Shown: one piece after another, positions 19,189 to 29,121 of the stretch
Position numbering within the stretch: position 1 is the first letter of the stretch
Layout of the letters: every line of letters starts with the position of its first letter
From: Gemmatimonadota bacterium
Lineage (GTDB): Bacteria > Gemmatimonadota > Gemmatimonadetes > Longimicrobiales > Gaopeijiaceae
Assembly: GCA_034521595.1 (NCBI GenBank)
Contig: JAXHMG010000003.1
Location: 2,112,001 to 2,176,000 of the forward strand
Length of the DNA: 64,000 bases
Direction of reading: 5' to 3'
Position numbers and translations under genes: made by a program
Notes under the pieces: generated by a model
The model's database searches: none
Seen by the model: the letters and a program-made list of their open reading frames with translations, nothing else
What the model was told of the DNA's origin: nothing

Positions 19189-19563
19189 TCAGCAAGACGA
19201 CGAGCGGCGCCAACGACGCCAGACCCCGACGTACACGGCGGCGTTCCCGAGAACGAGCGCGACCCCCAAGCCCACCTGGATTCCGTGGGTGAGCCCCGGA
19301 GGGTAGACGATCGGAACGATATAGTGCTCGATGAACGTCGCCTCGTAACCAGCCTGTCCCGCGGCGCGGCGGAGCCGATTCTCGACGGGCGTGAGGGGAC
19401 ATACACCTCCGGTGAGCTCGATCCACACCCCCCACGCGAGCACCGGGAGGTGCGGCACGCTCACCCACGACCACCGCAGCGCCAACAACCCTCCGAAGAT
19501 CACGAAGAGCACGAACGCCAAGTGCCCGACGAGCACCATGTCCGCTAGAAAGGCGTGGGACAT
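19189..19563 (-). CDS. DUF2784-like membrane protein
   Basis: LADMVLVGHLAFVLF, CPLTPVENRLR, FIEHYIVPIVYP. Confidence 0.85.
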   Translation of the reverse strand: MSHAFLADMVLVGHLAFVLFVIFGGLLALRWSWVSVPHLPVLAWGVWIELTGGVCPLTPVENRLRRAAGQAGYEATFIEHYIVPIVYPPGLTHGIQVGLGVALVLGNAAVYVGVWRRWRRSSSC

Positions 19564-19580
19564 GCCGAACCCGGCGCCGT

Positions 19581-20450
19581 CTAGCGCGTCGCGCGCCGGC
19601 GCAGGACGGCTCGAAGCCTGAGGAAGTAACGCGGCGGATCGAGCGGCTTCACCACGTAGTCGTCCGCACCCGCTTCGAAGAGGCTCATCTCGATGTTTCG
19701 ATCCTCGGAGCTCGTGAGCATGACGACCGGCAGATCGTCGTGAGCCGGCTTCGAGCGAATGGCTTGCAACACCTTGAGCCCGTTCATCGGGTGCATGTAG
19801 TAGTCGAGTGACACGGCGTCGATGCTCGCGTCCCGCTCCAGGACGTCGAGAGCCTCCGGCCCCGACCGTACCGCCGTGACCTCGAAGCCCTTGTTCGACA
19901 GGAACGATTCGAGGAGCGTAGCGGTCTCGGGATCGTCGTCGACGACCAGCACGTGCGTGCCGCCATCGCCGTTCCCCCTCTTCGCCGCGGTCGCACCGGA
20001 ATCCGGGGCCTTGCGAGGCTGTCCCGCCCCGACATAGGCATTGGCGAGCGCCTCGCGGATGGCGTCGGGTGCCGCGAGCTCGAAGCGCACCGCCCTGGTG
20101 GACAGCCGGGACACTTCCCGCTCGGCCTCCACGTCGTGCGGATCCGAGGTCGCGACGTCCAGCGTCCGGTCGGTGTACCGGAGGGGCAGCACATGGTACT
20201 TCACGGCCACGATCGCGGGGACCAGACGGGTCGCGTACTGCTCCGCCGACGCGAGATCGGCCACCCTCATCAGGTAACGATCGGCCAGCTGCTGCGTCAG
20301 CTCCGCGTCGTCGAGGTCGGACACGTCCCGCACCCGAGACCACACGTCCACGACCTTCTCCCCGGGCTGCCGATGCAGCCGGTCCGCCCCGGGCAGCTCC
20401 AGGGCCCGGGCTGCGGAGACGAGCCAATGCTCTTCCGGTTCATTGCTCAC
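19581..20450 (-). CDS. GspE/PilB N-terminal-like (T2SSE_N) domain fused to a receiver domain
   Basis: LVP..VA.KYHVLPL...LDVATSDP.D...LA.PDAIREAL..AY, then VLVVDDD, D, GADDYVVKP. Confidence 0.75.
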   Translation of the reverse strand: MSNEPEEHWLVSAARALELPGADRLHRQPGEKVVDVWSRVRDVSDLDDAELTQQLADRYLMRVADLASAEQYATRLVPAIVAVKYHVLPLRYTDRTLDVATSDPHDVEAEREVSRLSTRAVRFELAAPDAIREALANAYVGAGQPRKAPDSGATAAKRGNGDGGTHVLVVDDDPETATLLESFLSNKGFEVTAVRSGPEALDVLERDASIDAVSLDYYMHPMNGLKVLQAIRSKPAHDDLPVVMLTSSEDRNIEMSLFEAGADDYVVKPLDPPRYFLRLRAVLRRRATR

Positions 20451-20452
20451 CC

Positions 20453-20995
20453 TCAAGCTCCCGTCGGGGAATCCTCGTCGTGCTCGAAGAACTCGGCTCC
20501 GGCATCCTTCAGGATCGAGCGTGCCGTCTCGGCCCGCTCACCGGTTGCGTGCACCCCCACCCACACCGCCCCCTCCTCGATGCGACCGGCATGGAAATCC
20601 GCCTCTTCCTTCACGACCCCGAGACCGACGAGCCACCCGGCAACAGCCCCGACGGCCCCTACGGCCAAAGCACCCTCGAGCGCGGCGATCACGGGTCCCA
20701 CGGCGACAAGGGCTGCCGGTCCACCGACGAGGCCGGCGGCGACCATCCCACCGCCGACCGCTCCGATCACCGCGCCGGCCCCGCCGCCGATCTCGGCCCC
20801 CTCGATGATCTCCAACTCGTCCCGGATGGGAACGTCTTCACGCTCCAGCGTCCACTCATCGGTGAGCACCACGGAGATATCGTCTTCGGGCTCGAAGTGC
20901 TCCTCCACGAGCGCAGCGAGTGCTCGCGCCGCTGCCTTCTGGTCTTCGAACACTCCGGCGACAACGCCCCGCGAATCCGCTGCGTATCGACTCAC
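20453..20995 (-). CDS. Glycine-zipper membrane protein (general stress protein-like)
   Basis: VVAGVF..A..A...L, GAxxG repeats, LVGLGV..EEA...EEG.V.V.V; GGAGG RBS before GTG. Confidence 0.7.
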   Translation of the reverse strand: MSRYAADSRGVVAGVFEDQKAAARALAALVEEHFEPEDDISVVLTDEWTLEREDVPIRDELEIIEGAEIGGGAGAVIGAVGGGMVAAGLVGGPAALVAVGPVIAALEGALAVGAVGAVAGWLVGLGVVKEEADFHAGRIEEGAVWVGVHATGERAETARSILKDAGAEFFEHDEDSPTGA

Positions 20996-21063
20996 TCGAC
21001 CTCCCGGCTGGTTCTCATGATCTCCGTGCTTCCTTCGAACATCGCGACGGGGACGCACACACG

Positions 21064-21378
21064 CTATCCTTCACGGTTCCGCTCCCGCGCCTTCTCGGCG
21101 GCCTCCTCGACGGCGGCGCGGAGACGCGGCCATACGTACGGCGCCCGCTCGAGGAACGTCGCCCGCTCGTCGTCGCGGCCCTCGAGGTACGCCCACGCGG
21201 CCCGCCCGCCCTTCCGGCGATTACACTCGACGCACGCCGTGACGAGGTTGCCCGGGCTGTTGTCTCCGCCTCGCATCCTCGGCTCCACGTGATCCACGCT
21301 CAGGACCGCGTCGGGCTCGCCACGCCCGCAATAGACGCAGCAGTACCCGTCGCGGGCGAACACCTCCTGACGGTCCAT
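21064..21378 (-). CDS. Stand-alone HNH endonuclease
   Basis: VFARDGYCCVYCG, DHVEPR.RGG, NLVTACVECNRRKG. Confidence 0.88.
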   Translation of the reverse strand: MDRQEVFARDGYCCVYCGRGEPDAVLSVDHVEPRMRGGDNSPGNLVTACVECNRRKGGRAAWAYLEGRDDERATFLERAPYVWPRLRAAVEEAAEKARERNREG

Positions 21379-21430
21379 CACGGCACACGCAGCGAGCCGG
21401 GGGCAGCTCCCCGGCCCACACGGGCTGCTA

Positions 21431-21589
21431 GTGATGTGTCTCAGAAGTCCAGAGGCATTCGAGCGCCGCTGCATCCACCCCGGCTGCGTTGCTCCTCCGC
21501 GACGTAGCGCTGCTACGCCTTGTCGTCGCGCCTTGCCGAGGCGGCGCTTCGACACTCTCGGTGCTCACTGGACTTCTGAGGCACATCAC
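21431..21589. mobile_element. 159-bp MITE with 22-bp terminal inverted repeats and TA target duplication
   Basis: GTGATGTGTCTCAGAAGTCCAG (21431-21452) vs CTGGACTTCTGAGGCACATCAC (21568-21589), one mismatch; TA on both flanks; internal hairpins; no transposase. Confidence 0.8.
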
Positions 21590-22968
21590 TACCGGCCGAT
21601 CAATCCAGTCGGAAAGCCGACGGGGCTCTCGTTCCCGTCCCGCCCGACCGCCGCGACGCCGAACACGTAGTTGTCGATCACCACGTTCTCGAGCGTGAAC
21701 TCGGTGACGTCCCCGACCCACCGTGACCACTGCCACTGCGCATCCGTGGTGCGCCGCCAGTAGATCTTGTACCCGGCGAGGTTCGGGTCGGATACCGGAT
21801 CCCACGACAGCGTCGTGCTCGGCCGTACCGCGCCGCCGATCCGCACGTTCTCGGGGGTCGGAGGCGCCCACGCCATGGCGGCCAGCACGGTGGCGTTGAG
21901 GCTGGTCATCTTCGCGGCGAAATCGAAGTCCACGCCCTCGATGACGTCTCCGTACTCCCGTCCGTCCTCGACGCGGATGTCCTGGTGCTGCCGGTCGTAG
22001 TGCTCGTGGGCCTCCATGATGCGCACGCCCGGGAAGCCGGCGTCGTTGAACGGTCTGTGGTGCCCGCCCCGCCCGAAGCGGTCGAGCCGGTAGATCATCA
22101 TCGCGTCGAGGTTCGGGAAGTAGCCGTCGGCGATCCGGTCCACGTACCGCGCGATCTGCCGGGAGGGCCCGTCGACCTCACCCCCGTAGACCCGGTAGCT
22201 CCAGCCCTCCGGCTCGTGCTCCTCGACCGGCGTCGGCTGGCTGAACACCCGGAAGACCGTGTTGTCGATCACCCCGTCGATCCCCGCGATGTTGCCGATC
22301 ATGTCGTTGTTGAGGACGGCGGCGATGTCCCAGCCTTCCTCCACGGCGTCGGCGGCCAGGTACTGGCCGCCCCAGAGGCCCTGCTCCTCGCCGGACAGCC
22401 CGACGAACGCGACGCTGCTCGGAAACTCGTGCTGCGAGAGGATCCGGGCCGCCTCGATGGTGCCGGCCATCCCCGAGGCGTTGTCGTTGGCGCCGGGCGC
22501 GTCGGTCTCTCCGTCCGACCCGTTCGAAGCCCGTGAATCGATGTCGCCGGACATCATGACGTAACGGTTCGGGTGCTCGGTACCGCGCAGGATCGCGACC
22601 ACGTTGACGATCTCGACGTCTTCGGTGATCCGGCCGTCGGCTTCCATGAAGGTGCGGTGGTAGGAGACCTCCAGGCAGCCCCCGCACGCCTCGCTGATCT
22701 CGTCGAACTCGGCCTTGATCCACCGGCGGGCGGCGCCGATGCCGCGCGTGTCGGAGAGCGTGTCGGAGAGCGTATTGCGCGTCCCGAAGCCGGCGAGCGT
22801 CCGGATGTCGTCCTCGACTCGCTCGGACGAGGCGGCTTCGGCGATCTCGTAGAGCCTCGGATCGAGCTCCGGCGGCAGCGTCGACTGCCCGGTGAGCGCG
22901 GAGGGCAGAGCCACCAGCCCGCCCAGCATGCAACCGATCAACGTCCAGTTCCGTAGCGCCACGTCCAT
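21589..22968 (-). CDS. Secreted M28 family metallopeptidase
   Basis: AGGAGG RBS, signal peptide, GDIDS, GANDNASG, GEEQGLWG, NNDMIG, GHHRPF. Confidence 0.88.
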   Translation of the reverse strand: MDVALRNWTLIGCMLGGLVALPSALTGQSTLPPELDPRLYEIAEAASSERVEDDIRTLAGFGTRNTLSDTLSDTRGIGAARRWIKAEFDEISEACGGCLEVSYHRTFMEADGRITEDVEIVNVVAILRGTEHPNRYVMMSGDIDSRASNGSDGETDAPGANDNASGMAGTIEAARILSQHEFPSSVAFVGLSGEEQGLWGGQYLAADAVEEGWDIAAVLNNDMIGNIAGIDGVIDNTVFRVFSQPTPVEEHEPEGWSYRVYGGEVDGPSRQIARYVDRIADGYFPNLDAMMIYRLDRFGRGGHHRPFNDAGFPGVRIMEAHEHYDRQHQDIRVEDGREYGDVIEGVDFDFAAKMTSLNATVLAAMAWAPPTPENVRIGGAVRPSTTLSWDPVSDPNLAGYKIYWRRTTDAQWQWSRWVGDVTEFTLENVVIDNYVFGVAAVGRDGNESPVGFPTGLIGR

Positions 22969-23161
22969 CCTCCTGAGTCGGTGCGACGCGCCCGACACGG
23001 CCGCGTCCCTGTTTCCGTTCCCACCGGAAACCTTAACATGCGGCACCAAACGTCCGGCGCCACCCCCGAAACGTTCGCGCCGGTCGTGACGTAGACAGGT
23101 GCGTGCGGCGATCGCCCCCGCGGGGTCGCCCCGAACCGAACCGAACGAAGGACGACCACGA

Positions 23162-24550
23162 ATGGCACGCAAGGCACAGCTCGGCCTCGCCGCCGCTCTC
23201 GCGCTCACGGCGTGGGCATGCGGGGGCGACCCGGACGCACGGGCCGGGCTCTCCGTCCCCGTCACCTACGACTCGCTCGACAACGGATTGCGGGTCGTGC
23301 TCTCCGAGGATCACACCGCACCGACCGCCACGGTCGCCCTCTACTACGATGTCGGCTTCAGGGTCGAGCCCGAGGGACGGACCGGCTTCGCGCACCTGTT
23401 CGAGCACATGATGTTCCAGGGCTCGGAGAACCTCGGCCCGATGGAGTTCGTGCGCATGGTGCAGGAGAACGGCGGCGTGCTGAACGGCTCCACCCGGCAC
23501 GACTTCACCAACTACTACGAGATCGTGCCCGCGCACACGCTGGAGCGGATCCTGTGGGCGGAGGCCGACCGCATGCGTGGATTGCGCATCACCGAGGACC
23601 GTCTCGCCAACCAACGCGACGTCGTGAAGAACGAGGTGCGCGTGAACGTGCTCAACCAGCCGTACGGCGGCTTTCCGTGGCTCGACCTTCCGCAGGTCGC
23701 GTTCGAGAACTGGCACAACGCGCACAACTTCTACGGAGACTTCACGGATCTGGACGCCGCGACCCTCGAAGACGTGCAGGCGTTCTTCGACCGGTACTAC
23801 GCGCCCAACAACGCCGTGCTCGTGGTCGTGGGCGATTTCGAGTCGGAGCGGACGATGGAATGGATCCGGGACTACTTCGGCGACATCCCGCGCGGTCCCG
23901 CGACCGAGCGTCCCGACGTCTCCGAGCCTCGCCAGGAGGCCGAAAAGCGAGAGACTCGGACCGATCCTCTGGCCAACCGCCCGGCGGTCGCGCTCGGCTA
24001 CCGGATGCCCGAGCGGGGCTCCGCCGACTACTGGGCCATGGGCCTTCTCGACCAGATCCTGCTCCAGGGCGACGATGCCTGGCTCCACCAGGCGCTCGTG
24101 CAGCGCCGGGGCCTCACCGGAAGCGTGAGCGGCGGCGTGAACGCTCAGCTCGGCAACCTGTACAACTCCGGAGGCCCCACCCTGTGGACGGCCTCGCTCA
24201 TCCACGACCCCGGCGTCTCGACCGACTCGATCGTCGCGGTCGTGGACTCGGTGGTGGAACGGGCCCGAACGGACCTCGTCGACCCCGAGACGCTCGAGCG
24301 AGCCCGGACCAAGGCCAGATCGGCGCTCTACGACGAGATCGACGCCTTCTTCGGGTTCGGCCTCGCGGACCTGCTCGCGAGCTTCGCGCTGTTCGACGAC
24401 GACCCCGCGAGGGTCAACGAGATCGACGCGACGTTCCAGGACGTCACCGCCGAGCAGCTCCAACGCACCGCCCGGGAGTACCTACGACCCACGAACCGCA
24501 CGATTCTGACGCTCGAACCCGAGTCGACAAGTGAGGGAGGTTCCCGATGA
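23162..24550 (+). CDS. M16 (pitrilysin-like) peptidase, catalytic subunit, lipoprotein
   Basis: Lipobox AWAC, GFAHLFEHMMF (HXXEH), NGST, YYAPNNAVL. Confidence 0.92.
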   Translation: MARKAQLGLAAALALTAWACGGDPDARAGLSVPVTYDSLDNGLRVVLSEDHTAPTATVALYYDVGFRVEPEGRTGFAHLFEHMMFQGSENLGPMEFVRMVQENGGVLNGSTRHDFTNYYEIVPAHTLERILWAEADRMRGLRITEDRLANQRDVVKNEVRVNVLNQPYGGFPWLDLPQVAFENWHNAHNFYGDFTDLDAATLEDVQAFFDRYYAPNNAVLVVVGDFESERTMEWIRDYFGDIPRGPATERPDVSEPRQEAEKRETRTDPLANRPAVALGYRMPERGSADYWAMGLLDQILLQGDDAWLHQALVQRRGLTGSVSGGVNAQLGNLYNSGGPTLWTASLIHDPGVSTDSIVAVVDSVVERARTDLVDPETLERARTKARSALYDEIDAFFGFGLADLLASFALFDDDPARVNEIDATFQDVTAEQLQRTAREYLRPTNRTILTLEPESTSEGGSR

Positions 24551-25959
24551 GGCCCCGCAGACGCGCGCTCCTCGCTCTGGGCATCGGCCTGCTGGCCGTC
24601 CCGAGCGTCGCCCCGGCACAGGACGGGGACGCTCCCCCGCCGCTCGGCGAGCCCCGGCCGTTCGACCTCCCGGAGACCGAGCGCTTCACGCTGGAGAACG
24701 GGCTCACGGTGACGCTCGTGCCGTACGGCCGGACCCCGAAGGCCACGGTGCGGCTCGTCCTTCCCACCGGGAACGTGGACGAAGCCGCGGACGAGATCTG
24801 GCTGGCCGACCTGACCGGCGACCTCGTGCAGGAGGGCACCACGAGCCGGGACGCCGAGGAGGTCGCCACGGAAGCGGCCGCTATGGGCGGCTCGCTCTCG
24901 CTCGGGGTGGGCACGGACCGCACCAGCGTGGGCGGTGACGTGCTCCAGGAGTTCGCCCCGGACATGGTGCGCCTGATCGCCGACGTAGTGCGGAACCCCG
25001 ACCTGCCGGCGTCCGAGCTCGACCGTCTCAAGGACGACCGGATCCGACGGCTCAGCGTCTCGACCCGGCAGCCCGGCACCCTCACCCGGGCGGAGTTCCT
25101 CGAACGGTTGTACCCCGACCACCCGTACGGCCGTATGCTGCCCACCACCGCGATGATCGAAGGGCTGTCGCACGACCGCGTCCGCACGTTCTGGGAGCGC
25201 CACTACGGGCCCGACGGCGCGCACCTCTACATCGCCGGCCGGTTCGACGCGGATGCGGTGCGGGACGCCGCGGGCGACGCGTTCGAAGACTGGACCGCCG
25301 AAGGCGACCAGGCCGCGCCGACCGCGAGCGCGGCCGATGCCGCCGACATCGTCTTCGTCGAGCGCCCGGACGCGTCCCAATCGACCCTCCACCTCGGTCT
25401 CCCGGTCGTCGATCCCTCGCACGAGGACTACGTCGCGCTCCAGGTGACCAACGCGCTGCTCGGCGGCTCGTTCGCGTCGCGCATCACCGGCAACATCCGG
25501 GAGGACAAGGGCTATACCTACTCGCCGCAGAGCTCCGTCTCGAGCCGGTACCGCACCGCGTACTGGGTGCAGACGGCGGACGTGACCTCCGACGTGACCG
25601 GCCCGGCGCTGGAGGAGATCTTCCACGAGATCGAGCGGCTCCGCAGCGAGCCGCCGCCCGAGGAAGAGCTCGACGGCATCCGCAACTACCTCGCGGGGCT
25701 CTTCGTGCTGCAGAACTCGAGCCGGGGCGGGATCGTCGGGCAGCTCTCCTTCCTCGATCTCCACGGCCTGACGGAGAGCTACCTCACCGGATACGTGGAT
25801 CGCGTGCACGCGGTGACCCCCGAGGAGGTACAGCGCATCGCCCGCACCTACTTCCGGCCGGACGACATGCTGCTGGTCGTGACCGGCGACCCGGAGGTGG
25901 CCCTGCCGCAGCTCCGGTCCTTCGGTACCGTGGAGGTGGTCGAGCCGGCCGCGCCCTGA
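24547..25959 (+). CDS. M16 peptidase non-catalytic partner subunit
   Basis: LENGL, no HXXEH, NIREDKGYTY R/Y motif; ATGA overlap with the upstream gene. Confidence 0.88.
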   Translation: MRPRRRALLALGIGLLAVPSVAPAQDGDAPPPLGEPRPFDLPETERFTLENGLTVTLVPYGRTPKATVRLVLPTGNVDEAADEIWLADLTGDLVQEGTTSRDAEEVATEAAAMGGSLSLGVGTDRTSVGGDVLQEFAPDMVRLIADVVRNPDLPASELDRLKDDRIRRLSVSTRQPGTLTRAEFLERLYPDHPYGRMLPTTAMIEGLSHDRVRTFWERHYGPDGAHLYIAGRFDADAVRDAAGDAFEDWTAEGDQAAPTASAADAADIVFVERPDASQSTLHLGLPVVDPSHEDYVALQVTNALLGGSFASRITGNIREDKGYTYSPQSSVSSRYRTAYWVQTADVTSDVTGPALEEIFHEIERLRSEPPPEEELDGIRNYLAGLFVLQNSSRGGIVGQLSFLDLHGLTESYLTGYVDRVHAVTPEEVQRIARTYFRPDDMLLVVTGDPEVALPQLRSFGTVEVVEPAAP

Positions 25960-26087
25960 CCTGGCTCCGGCCGTCCGGAGCCAGGCGCGCCAGCACCCGG
26001 AGGCGGGCGCGGGTCCTTGTGGGGAGGGCCGCCCCGCCGGATTCGGCGGGGGAGTCCCGTCCATCCAGAACCGCACCGGAGCCCCCG

Positions 26088-29027
26088 ATGTTCGAACGCC
26101 TCGCTCCCCGGAGCCTCGCACGGCCCATCCTGGCCGCGCTTTTCGTAAGTGTCGCGATCCCGCAGCTCGCGCACGCACAGACCGTCTCCGACCAGCCGGT
26201 CGACGAGGAGTACACACGCCTCATCGACGAGCACCTGCAGGACGACCGGATCACGACGGAGCTCGTCGATCACCTGCCGGCCTCCGAGACCGTACCGACC
26301 CCGCTCGACTTCCACGGCCGCATCGTGGGCACGCCCGGCGAGCTCACCTACGCCGCCGACATCCACCGCTACATGCGGGCCATCGCCGACGCGTCACCCC
26401 GTGCGACGGTGTGGAGCATCGGGGAGAGTGAAGAGGGCCGCGAGATGATCCTGATGGCGATCGGGAACGAAGAGGCCATCGCCAATCTCGACACCCACCA
26501 GGGATACCTGCAGGAGCTCACCGACCCGCGCGCCACGTCCGAGGAGCGCGCGCAGGAGCTCATCGAAGAGCTCGCGAAGCCGATCTACTGGCTCACGAGC
26601 GGCATCCACTCGCCGGAGAACGGCGGGCCCGAGATGCTGCAGGAGCTCGCCTACCGGCTGGTCGTCCAGGAGTCCGAGTTCGTCCGGGCCATCCGGGACA
26701 ACGTGATCACCTTCATCACCCCCGTGATCGAGCCCGACGGACGCGAGAAGCAGGTCGACACGTACCACTTCAACGAGGACCGTCCGGAAGGGGCGGCGCG
26801 ACTTCCCCTCATGTATTGGGGCGAGTACGTCGCGCACGACAACAACCGCGACGCGATGGGGCAGATGCTCGCGCTCACCCGGCACGTGAACCGGGTGCAG
26901 CTCGAATGGGCGCCGACCATCATGCACGACCTCCACGAGCAGCAGAACTACCTCTACACCTCGACGGGCACGGGGCCGTACAACGAAGCCTTCGACGCCA
27001 TCACCATCACCGAGTGGTGGATGCTCGCGGAGAACGACGTCCTGGAGTTGACCAAGCGCGACGTGCCCGGGGTCTGGACGTACAACTTCTACGACGGGTG
27101 GACACCGAACTACATGTTCACGATCGCCCACTCGCACAACGCGATCGGCCGCTTCTACGAGGTTGCGAGCTACGGGCCGGAGAACCGGACCCTACGGGTC
27201 GGGAACACGACCACCAGCCGCGAGTGGTTCCGCCCCAACCCCCCGCTGCCCGAGATCGACTGGGGCCCGAGGAACAACACGAACATCCAGCAATCGGGGG
27301 TGCTCTTCAGCCTCAAGTACGTGGCCGACCACCGCGAGCTCTTCCTCGACAACTACTGGACCAAAAACGAGCGGTCCGTGCGCAAGGGCATCGAGGGCCC
27401 CGTCAACGCCTGGGTCATCCCGGCCGACCAGCGCCGGAAGGCGGACGCCGTGGACGCGGTGAACGAGCTCATGCGGCAGGGCCTCGAGATCCACCGGGCG
27501 GAGGAGTCGTTCACGGCCGGAGGCGTCGAGGTGGAGGAGGGCGACTACGTCGCCCGAGCCGACCAGCCGTTCCGCACGCTCGCGGACATGTACTTCTCCC
27601 TGCAGGCCTTCTCGCTCGACAATCCGCGTCCGTACGACGACACCGGGTGGACGTTCCAGCTCATGCGCAACATCGAGCTGGAGGAGATCGAGGACCCCTC
27701 GGTGCTCGACCGGAGCATGACGCTCCTCACCGAGCCGGCCCGTGCCCCCGGGGGCGTGCGCGGAAGCGGCGACGTGCTGGTCGTCGAGCACACGACCGAC
27801 AACAACCTCGTCGCCTTCCGGTTCCGCCACGACGACGTGCCCATGCTGGCCGCGGAGGAAGACTTCGAGATGGCGGGCCGCACATTCCGCGCCGGAGCGT
27901 TCATCATCCCCGAGGGGGACCGGAGCGCGCTCGAAGCGAGCCTCGAGGAGTACGGCTTGACGGCCTGGGCCACCGACGACGCGCCTTCCGTGCCGAGCCA
28001 CGAGCTCGACGTGCCCCGCATCGGCTACATCCACTCCTGGCAGCGCACGCAGGACGAAGGGTGGGTGCGTGGCGCGTTCGACCACTACGGGATTCCCTAT
28101 ACGTACTTCGCCGACAAGCGGGTGCGTGAGGGGAACCTCCGCGACCGCTACGACGTCATCGTGTACCCGCACGTCGGAGGGAGCGCGCAGTCCCAGGTCA
28201 ACGGGATCGCCATGACCGGGGAGCTTCCGCTGCCCTACCGTCAGACCGAGGAGACCCCCAACCTCGGCGTGCTCGACGAGAGCGACGACATCCGCGGCGG
28301 CATGGGCTTCGAAGGGCTCGTGGAGCTCGCCCGCTTCGTGCAGGACGGGGGTACGCTCATCGTGGAAGGGGCCACGTCGAACATCCTTCCGGAATACGGG
28401 ATCACGAGCGGCGTGAGCGTCGAGGACCCGGACGGCCTCATCGCGCCCGGCTCCATCCACCGGGGGATCCTGGCCGACCGGCTGAGCCCCATCGCGTACG
28501 GCTACGACGGCAGCCAGCTCCCCGTGTACTACAAGGGAGATCTCGTGCTCTCGACGGGCGACGGCGGCTTCGGCGGCTTCTTCGGTGGAGGCGGCGGTCC
28601 CTGGCAGAACACGACGCCGATGGCCAACCGTCCGGAGCTCTCACCGTACGAGCCTTCCGAGGACGAGCCCGAGCCCGAGGAGGACGTCGACGAGATGGCC
28701 GAGTTCCGCGCCATGGCCCGGGAGATGGGCTTCGGGAGCGACGACGGAGACGGGCCGCGCGTGGTCGTGGGCTTCCCCACGGACGCCGACCAGATGCTGC
28801 TCTCGGGCACGCTCGACGGTGGTGAGGCGCTCGAAGGGACGGCCCAGGTGGTCGACGTCCCGCTCGGGGAGGGGCACGTGGTGATGTTCGCCATCCGGCC
28901 CTTCTGGCGTTGGCAAACCCAGGGGACGTTCTTCCTCGGCTTCAACGCGCTCCTCAACTGGAACGACCTGGACGCGGGGCGGACCGAGGAAGAGGAGACC
29001 GAGACCGCCGACGACGGCGGGAGCTGA
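26088..29027 (+). CDS. Large secreted M14 family zinc carboxypeptidase
   Basis: Signal peptide, GIHSPE, EPDG, DNNRD, HDLHE; long C-terminal extension. Confidence 0.85.
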   Translation: MFERLAPRSLARPILAALFVSVAIPQLAHAQTVSDQPVDEEYTRLIDEHLQDDRITTELVDHLPASETVPTPLDFHGRIVGTPGELTYAADIHRYMRAIADASPRATVWSIGESEEGREMILMAIGNEEAIANLDTHQGYLQELTDPRATSEERAQELIEELAKPIYWLTSGIHSPENGGPEMLQELAYRLVVQESEFVRAIRDNVITFITPVIEPDGREKQVDTYHFNEDRPEGAARLPLMYWGEYVAHDNNRDAMGQMLALTRHVNRVQLEWAPTIMHDLHEQQNYLYTSTGTGPYNEAFDAITITEWWMLAENDVLELTKRDVPGVWTYNFYDGWTPNYMFTIAHSHNAIGRFYEVASYGPENRTLRVGNTTTSREWFRPNPPLPEIDWGPRNNTNIQQSGVLFSLKYVADHRELFLDNYWTKNERSVRKGIEGPVNAWVIPADQRRKADAVDAVNELMRQGLEIHRAEESFTAGGVEVEEGDYVARADQPFRTLADMYFSLQAFSLDNPRPYDDTGWTFQLMRNIELEEIEDPSVLDRSMTLLTEPARAPGGVRGSGDVLVVEHTTDNNLVAFRFRHDDVPMLAAEEDFEMAGRTFRAGAFIIPEGDRSALEASLEEYGLTAWATDDAPSVPSHELDVPRIGYIHSWQRTQDEGWVRGAFDHYGIPYTYFADKRVREGNLRDRYDVIVYPHVGGSAQSQVNGIAMTGELPLPYRQTEETPNLGVLDESDDIRGGMGFEGLVELARFVQDGGTLIVEGATSNILPEYGITSGVSVEDPDGLIAPGSIHRGILADRLSPIAYGYDGSQLPVYYKGDLVLSTGDGGFGGFFGGGGGPWQNTTPMANRPELSPYEPSEDEPEPEEDVDEMAEFRAMAREMGFGSDDGDGPRVVVGFPTDADQMLLSGTLDGGEALEGTAQVVDVPLGEGHVVMFAIRPFWRWQTQGTFFLGFNALLNWNDLDAGRTEEEETETADDGGS

Positions 29028-29085
29028 GCGGGGACGGGCGCGCCGAACAGCCCGTGGCAGACGTCTGGCGGGCCACGGTCCGTGA

Positions 29086-29117
29086 ACGGGCCGGCTCACC
29101 CACGTGGGCCGGCCCGT
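29086..29117. terminator. GC-rich hairpin between convergent genes
   Basis: ACGGGCCGGCTCAC-CCAC-GTGGGCCGGCCCGT; no U-tract. Confidence 0.45.
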
Positions 29118-29121
29118 CCGC

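Noticed and set aside
21064..21589. HNH gene plus adjacent structured repeat as an RNA-guided (IscB/HEARO-like) system
   Set aside because: The HNH protein is about 104 aa with no RuvC or PLMP motifs, and the structured DNA is better explained as a MITE with TIRs and TA duplication
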